Source: Phytobacter ursingii (lineage in GTDB: Bacteria > Pseudomonadota > Gammaproteobacteria > Enterobacterales > Enterobacteriaceae). From it: a stretch of 64,000 nt of DNA. The number at the start of each line of letters is the position of its first letter. Position 1 is the stretch's first letter. The notes beneath the pieces are model-generated. The model was not told where the DNA came from. It saw nothing but the letters and a program-made list of their open reading frames with translations, and made no database searches. Positions 10,335 to 23,611 of this stretch are shown in pieces. A program made the position numbers and the translations under genes. The DNA lies in the NCBI GenBank assembly GCA_901456055.1, contig CABDWT010000003.1, forward strand, positions 5,352 to 69,351, given 5' to 3'.

Positions 10335-10832
10335 TTAGTACAGCGGTGACGCAGGCAAAAACAATTCAGTCAGCAGGAGAGGTTTCCCTCCCAGGCGCAG
10401 GCGGGAGCGTCTTCCCCACAGCGCGTCATAGCGACCAACTTCAATAAAATCTCGTGTCAGCGTAGATGATGTAAAGAGATAACGCCCAAGCGGCGTGGTA
10501 CCCAACTTCTGCAGCGCAAGTTCCGGCCCGGTCAGCGTAGACTCTGGCACCACGGTTCGTCCGGCAAGCCAGGGTTCGCCGTCAGCGCACAGTAGGATCT
10601 CCCGCAGCCAGTACCTCGCGTCGTCAGGCAGCAAATGGCGCTCGCCATCGAGCATAGCGGACGTCACAAATCCTTCCTGGATAAGCGTCACGGATACCTG
10701 TTTACCCTGTTGCTCAAAACGTTTCGTCATGGAATCTTCCAGCAACAGCCAGTCCAGTTGCTGCGGGTCGAGCGCGGGAAGTGCTTCAAAATAGCGCAGC
10801 GCACGCAATTGCGTAAGCGCGGGGTGTGACAT
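10335..10832 (-). CDS. ubiC: chorismate pyruvate-lyase
   Basis: [14 protein letters not shown]... matches E. coli UbiC (165 aa). Confidence 0.9.
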   Translation of the reverse strand: MSHPALTQLRALRYFEALPALDPQQLDWLLLEDSMTKRFEQQGKQVSVTLIQEGFVTSAMLDGERHLLPDDARYWLREILLCADGEPWLAGRTVVPESTLTGPELALQKLGTTPLGRYLFTSSTLTRDFIEVGRYDALWGRRSRLRLGGKPLLLTELFLPASPLY

Positions 10833-10949
10833 GCCTTACTCTCCAATACATAACGTCACATTATTGTATCGCAGAACAGGCTGTTCCGGCGGGGAAACTT
10901 CATTCAGTTTTCATAAGCGCAACAGATATGCAACAGCGTCGTTGCGCCA

Positions 10950-10977
10950 CAAAAAAGGGTGCGTCAGGCGACGCACC
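10950..10977 (-). terminator. malM/lamB operon terminator
   Basis: Minus-strand hairpin GGTGCGTC-gcct-GACGCACC followed by CTTTTTT. Confidence 0.55.
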
Positions 10978-11011
10978 AGTTGTTGCAAACATCAGCATTG
11001 CGGGGAGACGG

Positions 11012-11977
11012 TCACCCCTTGCCTTTTACACTGCTGATAAAGGTTTTCCGGGCGGATGTGGACCCGAGACGCTCAGCTTCATTCAGTAACTTCAGGGCCT
11101 TATCGATATCCCCTTTTGCGGCGGCCTGTTTAATGGCCTGGTTGAAATAGCTTTCAGTATCATTCAGCATCGGCTCACTTTTCGCGGCGGATGCAGGCGC
11201 AGAGGCCGGTGCGGCAGCCACGGCAGCAGATGCTGCCGCTGGTGCGCTATAGGCCGTGGCAGGCGCGGCAGTGTTACCTACCGTCACGGGCCCTGGTCCG
11301 GATGAACCGAACAGCGGGCCGACCAGCACGCTGGAACCGCTACTGGTTTTCACTTTCAGTTTCACCACACCCTCAGTAACGTGACGGGCTATCGGATCGG
11401 GGATATCCGGTACCGCGTTACCCGTTCCTTTGGCGTAGGATTTGGCCGGGTCCATCAGTTTGGTGGTCTGGCGCAGATCGTTTTCGGTAGTGAAGACCAG
11501 CAGATAGATCTTTTGCTGGCCCAGCGCAGGCGTCAGGCGCATCACCCCTTCCAGCCTGTCGGCACTCATCACTCCCGGCTCCTGATACGTAAAGAAGCTG
11601 CTGGGGAAGTAAGCGGCAGGTGACATGTTCTGGTCAAGAACCAACACATTGGGCGCAAAAACGCTGGTTTGTTTATTCACTTCACTGCTGAGCGTGAGCG
11701 TCAGTTCACCGATGTTAGCCGGGACACTGTATGCGGCCACCGGGCCGCTGATACCCGCCACATTCAGGCGTTGGCCCGTGGTGGCAAGTTCGGTCGTTTG
11801 TGTTTTGCTTTGATCGACAGGCGTCCAGCTCAGTTGCTGGAGTGCGGAGGCCGGAATGGCCGGGGCCGCCGTGGTATTTTGCGGGACAATATTAACATCT
11901 GCGAAGCTAACCCCAGGCGCTGCGGCGAGTAAACCCGCGGTCAGGCACAGGGCGACGAAACTTTTTTTCATTTTCAT
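11012..11977 (-). CDS. malM: maltose operon periplasmic protein MalM
   Basis: MKMKKSFVALCL... matches E. coli MalM. A GAAGG ribosome-binding site lies 8 nt before the ATG. Confidence 0.9.
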   Translation of the reverse strand: MKMKKSFVALCLTAGLLAAAPGVSFADVNIVPQNTTAAPAIPASALQQLSWTPVDQSKTQTTELATTGQRLNVAGISGPVAAYSVPANIGELTLTLSSEVNKQTSVFAPNVLVLDQNMSPAAYFPSSFFTYQEPGVMSADRLEGVMRLTPALGQQKIYLLVFTTENDLRQTTKLMDPAKSYAKGTGNAVPDIPDPIARHVTEGVVKLKVKTSSGSSVLVGPLFGSSGPGPVTVGNTAAPATAYSAPAAASAAVAAAPASAPASAAKSEPMLNDTESYFNQAIKQAAAKGDIDKALKLLNEAERLGSTSARKTFISSVKGKG

Positions 11978-12085
11978 TGTTATCACCTTCTTTACGAGAG
12001 ACAGCTAACGCCCGGCAATAGCGCACTGTCTCGAAGAATTGAGGGGCTTGCGCCCCTCTTGTTTCGGTACGTCAGGTGGCGAGGA

Positions 12086-13423
<1,338 letters not shown>

Positions 13424-13505
13424 TTAAACACCTCACCTCTCGGGCTGCCTCTTCGTTGGCTGCAACCGCGAACGGTTTAGCGTTTTGCTTTTTTAATGGG
13501 AGACC

Positions 13506-14615
13506 TTAAACGCCCGGCTCTTTATGCAACCGACGACAGGCGGTACCATCCTCGCGGAACAGATGGCAGCGCTCTGGCGGCAAGCCGATAGCGAATGTGG
13601 CCCCCTCTTCTACCAACACCACGTCATTCTGGCGGTAGACCAGGTTTTGACGGATGGCGGGGATCTGGATGTGAATTTGTGTTTCGTGACCAAGCTGTTC
13701 GACGACCTGAACCTCACCTTCCAGGGTGACATCGGCGATGTCGCTGGGCAGCAGGTGTTCAGGGCGAATACCGAGTGACATATTGCTGCCGACCTGCACA
13801 TTGGCGCTGTCGACAGGCAGCCAGACCTGCTGGCGGTTAGGCAACTCGACCTGGACTTGTTCAATGGCGGTAGCGGTAACCTTCACCGGCAGGAAATTCA
13901 TTTTTGGCGAACCAATAAACCCGGCGACAAAGCGGTCTGATGGGTAGTGGTAAAGCTCAAGCGGTTTGCCCACTTGGGCGACGCGACCGGCGTCCAGCAC
14001 CACAATTTTGTCGGCCAGCGTCATCGCTTCCACCTGATCATGGGTGACGTAAATCATCGTGCGACCCAGACGCTTATGCAGGCGTGAAATCTCGATACGC
14101 ATCTGTACACGCAGTGCGGCATCAAGGTTGGATAACGGCTCATCCAACAGAAAAACGCGCGGTTCCGCCACCAGCGTACGGCCAATCGCCACACGCTGAC
14201 GCTGACCGCCAGACAAGGCTTTCGGTTTACGCTCCAGCAAATGCGCCAGTTGCAGGACTTCTGCTACCTGTGTTACTCGCTGGTTAATGACCTCTTTTTT
14301 CGCCCCGGCCAGCTTTAAGCCAAATGACATGTTCTCCGCCACGGAAAGGTGGGGATAAAGTGCGTAAGACTGAAACACCATGCCCACGCCGCGCTCGGCA
14401 GGCGGGATATCGTTCATGCGGGCATCGCCAATAAACAAATCGCCGCTGGTAATGGTTTCCAGACCCGCAATCATGCGCAGCAGCGTCGACTTCCCACAGC
14501 CTGACGGACCGACAAACACCACGAATTCTCCTTCGTGGATGTCGAGATTGATGTCTTTTGACACCACCACATCGCCCCAGGCTTTCGTTACATTCCGCAG
14601 CTGTACGCTCGCCAT
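13506..14615 (-). CDS. malK: maltose ABC transporter ATPase
   Basis: [14 protein letters not shown]... with Walker [10 protein letters not shown]. Near-identical to E. coli MalK. Confidence 0.95.
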   Translation of the reverse strand: MASVQLRNVTKAWGDVVVSKDINLDIHEGEFVVFVGPSGCGKSTLLRMIAGLETITSGDLFIGDARMNDIPPAERGVGMVFQSYALYPHLSVAENMSFGLKLAGAKKEVINQRVTQVAEVLQLAHLLERKPKALSGGQRQRVAIGRTLVAEPRVFLLDEPLSNLDAALRVQMRIEISRLHKRLGRTMIYVTHDQVEAMTLADKIVVLDAGRVAQVGKPLELYHYPSDRFVAGFIGSPKMNFLPVKVTATAIEQVQVELPNRQQVWLPVDSANVQVGSNMSLGIRPEHLLPSDIADVTLEGEVQVVEQLGHETQIHIQIPAIRQNLVYRQNDVVLVEEGATFAIGLPPERCHLFREDGTACRRLHKEPGV

Positions 14616-16175
<1,560 letters not shown>

Positions 16176-16185
16176 GGCAGGCTGT

Positions 16186-16270
16186 TCCCCCCTCATCCCG
16201 GCCTTCTCCCTCAAGTGAGAAGGAGAAAACCGCCCCCTCTCCCTCAGGGAGAAGGTTGGGGTGAGGGTTG
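16186..16270. repeat. GC-rich palindromic intergenic repeat (CCYTCTCCC..GGGAGARGG..GGTGAGGG family)
   Basis: Two imperfect hairpins (CTTCTC..GAGAAG and CCTCTCCC-tca-GGGAGAAGG) are followed by GGGGTGAGGG. Related copies occur at 50190-50282 and 21434-21466. Confidence 0.6.
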
Positions 16271-16296
16271 TTTAATTGTTGTAGAGGAAGATCCCC

Positions 16297-17841
16297 ATGG
16301 ATGTCATTAAAAAGAAGCACTGGTGGCAAAGCGACGCGCTGAAATGGTCAGTGATAGGTCTGCTGGGCTTACTGGTGGGATACCTTGTAGTTTTAATGTA
16401 CGCACAAGGGGAATACCTTTTCGCCATCACGACGCTGATCCTGAGCTCGGCTGGCCTGTACATCTTCGCTAACCGTAAAACCTACGCCTGGCGTTATGTT
16501 TATCCGGGCCTGGCAGGGATGGGGCTGTTTGTCCTGTTCCCGTTGATTTGTACCATCGCCATTGCGTTTACTAACTACAGTAGTACCCACCAGCTCACGC
16601 AAGAACGCGCGCAGCAGGTGCTGATGGACCGCTCTTATCAGGCGGGCAAAACCTATAACTTTACCCTTTTCCCGTCAGAGGGAAGCTGGCGACTGGCGCT
16701 GACCGACGGTGAAAGCGGCAAAAACTTTCTTTCGGACGCCTTTAAACTCGGGGGCGAGCAAAAAATCGTCTTAAAAGAGACGGATGCCCTGCCTGCGGGT
16801 GAACGCGGCACCCTGCGTGACGTCACACAAAACCGCACCGCGCTCAACCAGCTGACCGCCGTGTTGCCAGATAACAGCAATGTTGTGATGAGTTCGCTGC
16901 GTCAGTTCTCAGGTACCACGCCGCTGTACAGCATGGCGGAAGACGGCACGCTCACCAACAAGCAGAGTGGTGTGAAATACCGTCCTAATAACAGTCTGGG
17001 TTTCTACCAGGCGGTTAATGCCGATAATAGCTGGGGCGATGAAAAGCTCAGTCCGGGATATACCGTGACCATTGGCTGGGATAACTTCATGCGCGTCTTT
17101 ACCGATGAAGGTATCCAGAAACCGTTTATTGAGATTTTCGTCTGGACGGTGGTCTTCTCGCTGCTAACCGTCGTGTTGACCGTTGCCGTCGGCATGGTGC
17201 TGGCCTGTCTGGTGCAGTGGGAATCGCTGAAAGGCAAGGCTATCTACCGCGTCCTGCTGATTCTGCCTTACGCCGTACCGTCGTTTATCTCGATTCTGAT
17301 CTTCAAGGGGCTGTTTAACCAGAGCTTCGGTGAGATCAACATGATGCTGAGCGCGTTGTTTGGCATCAAACCGGCGTGGTTTAGCGACCCGACCACGGCA
17401 CGTTCGATGATCATTATCGTCAATACCTGGCTCGGTTATCCGTACATGATGATTCTGTGCATGGGGCTGCTGAAAGCGATTCCGGACGATTTGTATGAAG
17501 CCTCGGCAATGGATGGCGCCGGGCCGTTCCAGAACTTTTTCCGCATCACTTTGCCGCTGCTGATCAAGCCGCTCACGCCGCTGATGATTGCCAGTTTCGC
17601 CTTTAACTTTAATAACTTCGTGTTGATTCAGTTGTTGACTAACGGTGGCCCGGATCGTATCGGCACCACCACGCCTGCGGGCTACACCGACCTGTTGGTC
17701 AGCTACACCTACCGCATTGCCTTTGAAGGTGGCGGTGGGCAAGATTTTGGCCTCGCCGCCGCTATCGCCACGCTGATTTTCTTGCTGGTTGGCGTGCTTG
17801 CCATCGTCAATCTGAAAGCCACACGCATGAAATTTGATTAA
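16297..17841 (+). CDS. malF: maltose ABC transporter permease
   Basis: High identity to E. coli MalF. Confidence 0.95.
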   Translation: MDVIKKKHWWQSDALKWSVIGLLGLLVGYLVVLMYAQGEYLFAITTLILSSAGLYIFANRKTYAWRYVYPGLAGMGLFVLFPLICTIAIAFTNYSSTHQLTQERAQQVLMDRSYQAGKTYNFTLFPSEGSWRLALTDGESGKNFLSDAFKLGGEQKIVLKETDALPAGERGTLRDVTQNRTALNQLTAVLPDNSNVVMSSLRQFSGTTPLYSMAEDGTLTNKQSGVKYRPNNSLGFYQAVNADNSWGDEKLSPGYTVTIGWDNFMRVFTDEGIQKPFIEIFVWTVVFSLLTVVLTVAVGMVLACLVQWESLKGKAIYRVLLILPYAVPSFISILIFKGLFNQSFGEINMMLSALFGIKPAWFSDPTTARSMIIIVNTWLGYPYMMILCMGLLKAIPDDLYEASAMDGAGPFQNFFRITLPLLIKPLTPLMIASFAFNFNNFVLIQLLTNGGPDRIGTTTPAGYTDLLVSYTYRIAFEGGGGQDFGLAAAIATLIFLLVGVLAIVNLKATRMKFD

Positions 17842-17855
17842 GGAGGGCGATGATT

Positions 17856-18746
17856 ATGGCTATGGTCCAGGCGAAATCGCAAAAGTTAAGATTATTCGTT
17901 ACCCATTTATTATTGCTGGTGTTTATCGCCGCAATCATGTTCCCGCTGCTGATGGTGGTCACTATCTCTCTGCGCGAAGGCAATTTCGCCACCGGGAGCC
18001 TGATTCCGGAAAGCATCTCGTGGGAGCACTGGAAACTGGCGCTGGGCTTTAGCGTGGAGCACGCCGATGGTCGCGTAACGCCTCCCCCCTTCCCGGTGCT
18101 GCTGTGGTTGTGGAACTCCATCAAGATCGCCGCGATTACCGCCATTGGTGTGGTAGCGCTCTCGACGACCTGCGCCTATGCCTTTGCCCGTATGCGCTTT
18201 CCCGGCAAAGCGACGCTGTTGAAAGGGATGCTGATTTTCCAGATGTTCCCGGCGGTATTGTCGCTGGTTGCCCTGTACGCCCTGTTTGACCGTCTGGGCC
18301 AGTACCTTCCGTTTATCGGCCTGAACACCCACGGCGGGGTTATTTTCGCCTATATGGGCGGCATCGCCCTGCACGTCTGGACGATAAAAGGTTATTTCGA
18401 AACCATCGACAACTCGCTGGAGGAAGCGGCTGCGCTGGATGGCGCGACGCCGTGGCAGGCATTCCGTCTGGTACTGTTGCCGTTGTCGGTGCCAATTCTG
18501 GCGGTAGTGTTCATTCTTTCGTTTATCGCTGCGATCACCGAAGTCCCCGTAGCATCGTTGCTACTGCGCGATGTGAACAGCTACACCCTGGCCGTTGGCA
18601 TGCAGCAATACCTCAACCCGCAAAACTATCTGTGGGGTGACTTTGCGGCAGCAGCGGTGCTGTCAGCCATCCCGATTACGGTTGTCTTTCTGCTTGCGCA
18701 GCGTTGGCTGGTTAACGGCCTCACCGCGGGCGGTGTAAAAGGTTAA
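17856..18746 (+). CDS. malG: maltose ABC transporter permease
   Basis: [10 protein letters not shown]... matches E. coli MalG. Confidence 0.95.
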   Translation: MAMVQAKSQKLRLFVTHLLLLVFIAAIMFPLLMVVTISLREGNFATGSLIPESISWEHWKLALGFSVEHADGRVTPPPFPVLLWLWNSIKIAAITAIGVVALSTTCAYAFARMRFPGKATLLKGMLIFQMFPAVLSLVALYALFDRLGQYLPFIGLNTHGGVIFAYMGGIALHVWTIKGYFETIDNSLEEAAALDGATPWQAFRLVLLPLSVPILAVVFILSFIAAITEVPVASLLLRDVNSYTLAVGMQQYLNPQNYLWGDFAAAAVLSAIPITVVFLLAQRWLVNGLTAGGVKG

Positions 18747-18759
18747 TTTTTATCGTCAT

Positions 18760-18889
18760 ACTCTAAATAATTCGCGTGGCAGGAAGGCGGCAAATGAGAG
18801 AGTCCCCGGGAGCTTACTGGAGTAAGTGACCGGGGTGAACGAGTGTAGCCAACGCATCTGCAACGTGAAGTATGACGAGTATATATGCC
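18760..18889. repeat. ERIC/IRU repeat, copy 1
   Basis: TCCCCGGGAGCTTACTGGAGTAAGTGACCGGGGTGAACGAG...GAAGTATGACGAGTAT matches the ERIC core (…CCCCAGGAGCTTACATAAGTAAGTGACTGGGGTGAGCG…GAAGTATGACGGGTAT). Confidence 0.8.
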
Positions 18890-18920
18890 ACTGTAGTCCT
18901 CATTGGAATATTGACCCGAA

Positions 18921-19040
18921 ACTCTAAATAATTCGGGTTGCAGGAAGGCGGCAAGAGAGAGCATCCCGGGAGCTTACTGAAGTAAGTGACTGGGGTTAAC
19001 GAGCGCCGCCAACGCACCTGCAACACGAAGTATGACGAGT
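18921..19040. repeat. ERIC/IRU repeat, copy 2 (tandem)
   Basis: Second copy, about 90 % identical to copy 1. Confidence 0.8.
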
Positions 19041-19058
19041 TAACTTGTGACTGTTGTT

Positions 19059-19086
19059 AGGCGCTCCCCGGAGCGCCATTTTTTTA
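19059..19086 (+). terminator. rho-independent terminator after malEFG/ERICs
   Basis: GGCGCTCC-ccgg-GGAGCGCC followed by ATTTTTTT. The T-tract overlaps the psiE stop codon. Confidence 0.55.
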
Positions 19087-19503
19087 CTCGCGTTTCAGGC
19101 GCTTAGAGTTACACAGCCAAAGAGTGATCACTAACAGCAGGATCGCGCCCGAATAAATCAGCACATCCATCGGGGATTTATGATCGACGATGATCAGCCG
19201 CACAATCGCGGTGATCCCAATGTAGATAAAATAACGTAGCGGAAAGTGAAAACCGGACTGAAAGTACTTCACAATCAGTGCGATAAATTCAAAGTAGAGA
19301 AAGTAAACCACCAGCCCTTCCACCAGCGCATACTTGCTGGTTTGTTCAGGCGCGAAAAGGACATCCGCCAGATGCAGCGTCTCCTTACCCAGGAAGACAA
19401 CCAGAATCAGGCCAAGACTCAACAAACCCAGATTCAGCACGGTCTGGAGAACGGTGGAGATAAACTCAACGCGTGGACGAACAGTTAGCGATGGCATTGT
19501 CAT
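19084..19503 (-). CDS. psiE: phosphate-starvation-inducible protein PsiE
   Basis: [20 protein letters not shown]... matches E. coli PsiE. Confidence 0.9.
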   Translation of the reverse strand: MTMPSLTVRPRVEFISTVLQTVLNLGLLSLGLILVVFLGKETLHLADVLFAPEQTSKYALVEGLVVYFLYFEFIALIVKYFQSGFHFPLRYFIYIGITAIVRLIIVDHKSPMDVLIYSGAILLLVITLWLCNSKRLKRE

Positions 19504-19642
19504 ACCGGCACCTCATTCTCTGTGACGAGCTTTCTGTATAACGCAAAAATGTGATCCAGATCTAGATTTTTTGCTTATATTTTGTGCTTTCTCGTGATGA
19601 CATATCTCCCTGCAAGCATGCAAACAGGGAGTGACAAATCTA

Positions 19643-20155
19643 ATGCTTACAATCTGTAAGGCGCAGGTTGATGATGCCGAACGGCTCCATGATATGGCGT
19701 ACGCCAGTTACACCTATCATTTCGCCCATTTGTGGCAGGAAAAAGATGAACTGGCGAATTTTCTCACACAGGAATATGCGCTGCCCGTTGTGCAGCAGAG
19801 TGTGCAGGACAAGCGTTGCTGCTGGCTGATCGCTCTTTCTGACGGTATCCCGGTCGGCTTTGCCAAATTTAGCTGGCATGCTGCCGCTGGCCCTCAGGGC
19901 CCGTCAGGGACGCTACTGCATAAACTCTATTTTTTGCCGCAGGCGACCGGCAAAGGTTATGGGGAACAGGTTATCCAGGAGGTCATCCGTCGCGCGCGGG
20001 CGCATGGTGAACATTTTCTTTGGCTGGAAGTGCTGGATGCCAACCCGCAGGCCCGTCGATTCTATGAACGCCAGGGTTTTCAACATCTGCGTGATACCGT
20101 CTTCAGTACCGCCTCGCAGCAGAGCACGCTGCATATTCTGGGCAAGGCCATTTAA
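19643..20155 (+). CDS. GNAT-family N-acetyltransferase
   Basis: The acetyl-CoA binding motif Q.TGKGYG is present and the protein has about 170 aa GNAT-fold length. Start could be the GTG at 19631 or the ATG at 19643. Confidence 0.65.
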   Translation: MLTICKAQVDDAERLHDMAYASYTYHFAHLWQEKDELANFLTQEYALPVVQQSVQDKRCCWLIALSDGIPVGFAKFSWHAAAGPQGPSGTLLHKLYFLPQATGKGYGEQVIQEVIRRARAHGEHFLWLEVLDANPQARRFYERQGFQHLRDTVFSTASQQSTLHILGKAI

Positions 20156-20164
20156 GGAGCTGTG

Positions 20165-20623
20165 ATGAGTGCGAATATTCGGCAGGCGACCATCCGTAAC
20201 GTGATATGCGGCGAAAACGTGGTGATTTATGACCCGGTGAACCTGTATGACTGTGAACTGGCAGAAGACGTTTTCATCGGACCTTTTGTTGAAATTCAGG
20301 GACATTCGAAAATCGGCAAGGGCAGCAAAATCCAGTCTCACAGTTTTATCTGCGAATACGTGACCATTGGCGAGCGCTGTTTTATAGGCCATGGCGTGAT
20401 GTTCGCTAACGATATGTTCCGGGAAGGCAAACCCAACCCGGACAGGGAAAGCTGGGGCAGGATCGTGGTGGGAAATGACGTGTCGATTGGCAGCGGCGCT
20501 ACTATTCTGGCGGTGACCCTTTGCGATGGCGTGGTGATTGGCGCTGGCAGCGTGGTTACAAAATCGATTACCGAGAAAGGGGTTTACGCAGGCAATCCGG
20601 CGAGGCTATTGCGGCGATTATAG
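20165..20623 (+). CDS. hexapeptide-repeat (left-handed beta-helix) acetyltransferase
   Basis: Repeating [LIV]G..[a-z]..I hexapeptides are visible (IGKGSKIQSHSFI, IGERCFIGHGVMF, VGNDVSIGSGATI, IGAGSVV). An AAGGAG ribosome-binding site lies 6 nt upstream of the ATG. Confidence 0.7.
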   Translation: MSANIRQATIRNVICGENVVIYDPVNLYDCELAEDVFIGPFVEIQGHSKIGKGSKIQSHSFICEYVTIGERCFIGHGVMFANDMFREGKPNPDRESWGRIVVGNDVSIGSGATILAVTLCDGVVIGAGSVVTKSITEKGVYAGNPARLLRRL

Positions 20624-21055
20624 CCCCCCGGTGGCGCCGCGCTTACCGGGGCTACAAACCCGGTCGTAGCCCGCATAAGGCGTTTGCGCCGCATCCGGGA
20701 ATATCCCCCGGTGGCGCTGCGCTTACCGGGGCTACACACCCAATCGTAGCCCGCATAAGGCGTTTGCGCCGCATCCGGGAAGAGTCCCCGGTGGCGCTGC
20801 GCTTACCAGGGCTACACGCCCGGTCGTAGCCCGCATAAGGCGTTTGCGCCGCATCCGGGAATATCCCCCGGTGGCGCTGCGCTTACCGGGGCTACACGCC
20901 CGGTCGTAGCCCGGATAAGGCGTTTGCGCCGCATCCGGGAATCCCCCGGTGGCGCTGCGCTTGCCGGGGCTACACGCCCGGTCGTAGCCCGTGCGCCGCA
21001 TCCGGGAATCCCCCGGTGGCGCTGCGCTTACCGGGGCTACACGCCCAGTCGTAGA
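20624..21055. repeat. BIME cluster (5-6 tandem units of paired REP elements)
   Basis: An about 81-bp unit repeats in tandem: CCCCGGTGGCGCTGCGCTTACCGGGGCTACA..CGGTCGTAGCCCGCATAAGGCGTTTGCGCCGCATCCGGGAAT. The second half matches REP (GTAGGCCGGATAAGGCGTT.ACGCCGCATCCGGC). Confidence 0.85.
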
Positions 21056-21059
21056 TAGT

Positions 21060-21433
21060 GAGCGTCTTCAACCTTTTTAGCCATGGCTGACTCGTTTTCC
21101 CGCATGATAACCATAGCGACATCTTTGTCCCCCTGGCGCAGAGCGTGCAGCGAGGGGGTTGAGTCCCCGCTGAAATCGGTGAGACGAAGACCCGATGACA
21201 AGGTCAGGCCGCCAGGGATGGCGGACTGAGGTTTGTCGAGACAGGACGTCGAGTCAAACCGACCGCAGGCAGTGGGGCGGGAGGCGAATGCAGTGCGAAG
21301 CACCGATTTCTTTGCGGGGCCGCGGGGATTGTAAAGGGGAACGCGGTGTTCCCCTTTACCCGTTCACGGGTCCGAAGGCGACATTTCGCCATGAACATAA
21401 GGGGAACGGAACCCTCCTCCTGAGCCGCATATT
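21060..21433. other. GC-rich non-coding block with multiple perfect hairpins (unassigned)
   Basis: No convincing ORF is present. Perfect hairpins occur at 21334-21357 (AAGGGGAAC-gcggt-GTTCCCCTT), 21358-21371 (ACCCG-ttca-CGGGT) and 21377-21390 (GGCGA-catt-TCGCC). Another hairpin is CCGCCA-ggga-TGGCGG. Confidence 0.3.
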
Positions 21434-21466
21434 CCCCTCACCCAGCCCTCTCCCCGGGGAAGAGGC
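21434..21466. repeat. GC-rich palindromic repeat, inverted copy of the 16186/50190 family
   Basis: CCCCTCACCC..GCCCTCTCCCCGGGGAAGAGGC is the reverse complement of the (hairpin + GGTGAGGG) pattern. Confidence 0.5.
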
Positions 21467-21470
21467 AGAA

Positions 21471-21514
21471 AACCGGTCGTAGCCCGGATAAGGCGTTTGC
21501 GCCGCATCCGGGAA
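21471..21514. repeat. REP element
   Basis: CGGTCGTAGCCCGGATAAGGCGTTTGCGCCGCATCCGGGAAT. Confidence 0.8.
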
Positions 21515-23611
21515 TTAACGGAAATTCAAACTCTTATCGCTGGTCATACTGTAAAGATCAAACTTACGTCCCAGCATTTGTCCGCCATCACGCGTCAGCG
21601 GCGTCCAGCCCACGGCCGCACGGCTGCGGGTGGCGCCGGAAGTGAAGAGATCCATAGGAATAGAAACATACACCCCTTTGGTAAAATCCCCCTCCCCGTA
21701 CTCTTTCGGCGACACGTTGGTGATAGTGGCATACGTCCCGACAACCACCCCGCTGTCGAAATGTTTAGCCACTTCCAGGGTGCCGCCTTTATCACCCGCC
21801 AGATATTGCCCGACACTCGCTTTGATCAGCACATCCTGGGCGAAAGGGGGTGTCCAGTAGGCCGTTAAGTGCCCGGTTTTAACGCTATAATCCGTAAACT
21901 TCATCATGTCCTGCGCGCTGCGCCAGTCACGCTGTTTCACGTAGTTGGCGTCAATACCGAAGGCCCAGTTGCTGTCAACCGGACGCCATAACACCTCCGC
22001 ACCCGCGCCACCGTACATCGTTTCCAGATAACCGGCGTACACCTGACCATAGAAATTGTTGCCCATGTACTGGAAGTAGTTGGCCTGCAGGTTGTTCACG
22101 TAGACATCATTTTGCACATACTCACGCACGCGGGTACGCACACGTGGCAGTTTTGAATCCGGCGGCGGATTGGTGTAGTTAAATTTGTCGTAGTTGTTAG
22201 CGATGTTGGCGAACAGGCTGCCGGTTGTCAGCAGATGATCGCTCAGCCACCAGTCTGCGGTCGCCATCGCCCCAAGCTGGTACATGTAGAAACTTTCCGG
22301 GCCACCAACGGACTGGTTTAACACCGGGTCGATATGGAAATCAAAGCTCGACTTCTCGATATACCAGCCCTGTTCCGGCGAATCCGGCACAATCGGCTCA
22401 ACGCGCTGTTGCACCAGTTGCGTTTCCTGACCCAGCGGTTCGCCTTCAAGGTGACGCTGCAGGCTGGCAACATCGGTTTCGGTGGTGACCTGCGGCATAT
22501 TCAGACGGTTTTCCGTCACGCGGATCGTGCGGATACCCTCCGGCAAATCGTTCATGATGATGCGATTTGCGCGTATCACGCCTTCCTGGGAGTCACGGTA
22601 TTTCACCTGTTCTCCGGTCACGTAGAGCGTGTCGCCTTTCACCTGAATTTGTGGATTGGCAAACCCGGCATTGTACTTGAGCAAGGTCAATTGATTGGCC
22701 ACGACGGAGTGCTGAAGAATGGCATCCTGGGGCTGCGGCTGATACTTCGGACGTGAGTTATCGTTGTAGTTCGGACGCAACTCATTGAAATTATTGCGCA
22801 GGGTAAAACCAAACATCACGGTATTCCCACGCTCATAGCTGAGGTTAACGTCGGCCCAGTCCGTCACCCGATAAATCGCGCCGACGTTAAACTTACTCTT
22901 TTGCGGTAGCTTACCGGCAAAGTCCTGCTGATAGTTATTGCCTTCATATTCCAGTTTCAGACGCAGCGGTTGCCAGGGCGTCTGGTATTCCACACCGCCG
23001 AAAAGCGCGGTCGGGCCATGGAACATCTGGCTGGCATCCACAGAGCCCGCCTGGTTATAGCTGTTATCGCGATAGCAAAATTTTTGTTTATAGGTACAAA
23101 GCGGGTTTTTGATATTTCCAGAGGTGCCCAGATATCCCCAGCCAAGCCCGAGAGAGAAATCAAAGGGGCCCCAGGCTTTGTTCGCCACAATGTACTCACC
23201 GTCAAACAGGCCGGTACCACCGATATCGCGCGCGCCAACCGCCACCTGCGGCAGCCAGTATCCCTCTTCCCATAAACGTACTTTCAGATCGAAAGCTTTA
23301 TCTTTGTACGACTGATCTCCGGAGAAGGCCTCCACGCTGCTGTATTTGCGGGTTCGAACATCGGTATAACGCAGTGTGGTTTCCAGCCACGGGAAAAGCT
23401 GCATCGAGCCTGAGTAGTAGCGGTACTGGTCGTTATCGCGATAATTGAGGCTGATTTCCCCCGCAGGCGCCATACGGGCTGTAGGCGTTTGCAACAGCCC
23501 TGCGCCACCAAAATCCGATTGCGAGGGCCCAACAGGTGCCGGATACGTTTCAGCCTGGCAGGCGGCACTCACACTTAGCGCCAGGACACTGATGACAAAC
23601 GATTTTTTCAT
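21515..23611 (-). CDS. yjbH: YjbH (GfcD-family outer-membrane lipoprotein, exopolysaccharide export)
   Basis: 698 aa with a signal peptide. Colinear with E. coli YjbH. Confidence 0.9.
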   Translation of the reverse strand: MKKSFVISVLALSVSAACQAETYPAPVGPSQSDFGGAGLLQTPTARMAPAGEISLNYRDNDQYRYYSGSMQLFPWLETTLRYTDVRTRKYSSVEAFSGDQSYKDKAFDLKVRLWEEGYWLPQVAVGARDIGGTGLFDGEYIVANKAWGPFDFSLGLGWGYLGTSGNIKNPLCTYKQKFCYRDNSYNQAGSVDASQMFHGPTALFGGVEYQTPWQPLRLKLEYEGNNYQQDFAGKLPQKSKFNVGAIYRVTDWADVNLSYERGNTVMFGFTLRNNFNELRPNYNDNSRPKYQPQPQDAILQHSVVANQLTLLKYNAGFANPQIQVKGDTLYVTGEQVKYRDSQEGVIRANRIIMNDLPEGIRTIRVTENRLNMPQVTTETDVASLQRHLEGEPLGQETQLVQQRVEPIVPDSPEQGWYIEKSSFDFHIDPVLNQSVGGPESFYMYQLGAMATADWWLSDHLLTTGSLFANIANNYDKFNYTNPPPDSKLPRVRTRVREYVQNDVYVNNLQANYFQYMGNNFYGQVYAGYLETMYGGAGAEVLWRPVDSNWAFGIDANYVKQRDWRSAQDMMKFTDYSVKTGHLTAYWTPPFAQDVLIKASVGQYLAGDKGGTLEVAKHFDSGVVVGTYATITNVSPKEYGEGDFTKGVYVSIPMDLFTSGATRSRAAVGWTPLTRDGGQMLGRKFDLYSMTSDKSLNFR

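Noticed and set aside
19504-19630. Pho-box-like direct repeats (CTGTGAC…CTGTATA) near psiE promoter
   Set aside because: The repeats are on the wrong strand relative to psiE and are spaced 14 bp apart rather than 11 bp, so the call is not supportable without a matrix search.
20521-21001. Six-frame ORFs 20521-20829(+) and 20732-21001(-), and the idea that the periodic repeats might be a CRISPR array
   Set aside because: The ORFs lie entirely inside the tandem BIME units and translate to low-complexity Arg/Pro/Gly peptides. The repeat units are about 81 bp and directly abut each other with no unique spacers. They are made of REP palindromes, so this is not a CRISPR array.
21037-21482. Small ORFs (88, 64, 95 aa) inside the GC-rich hairpin block
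   Set aside because: They have no ribosome-binding sites and overlap each other on both strands. Their translations are Arg/Pro/Gly-rich with no homology features. The region is better explained as non-coding structured DNA/RNA.
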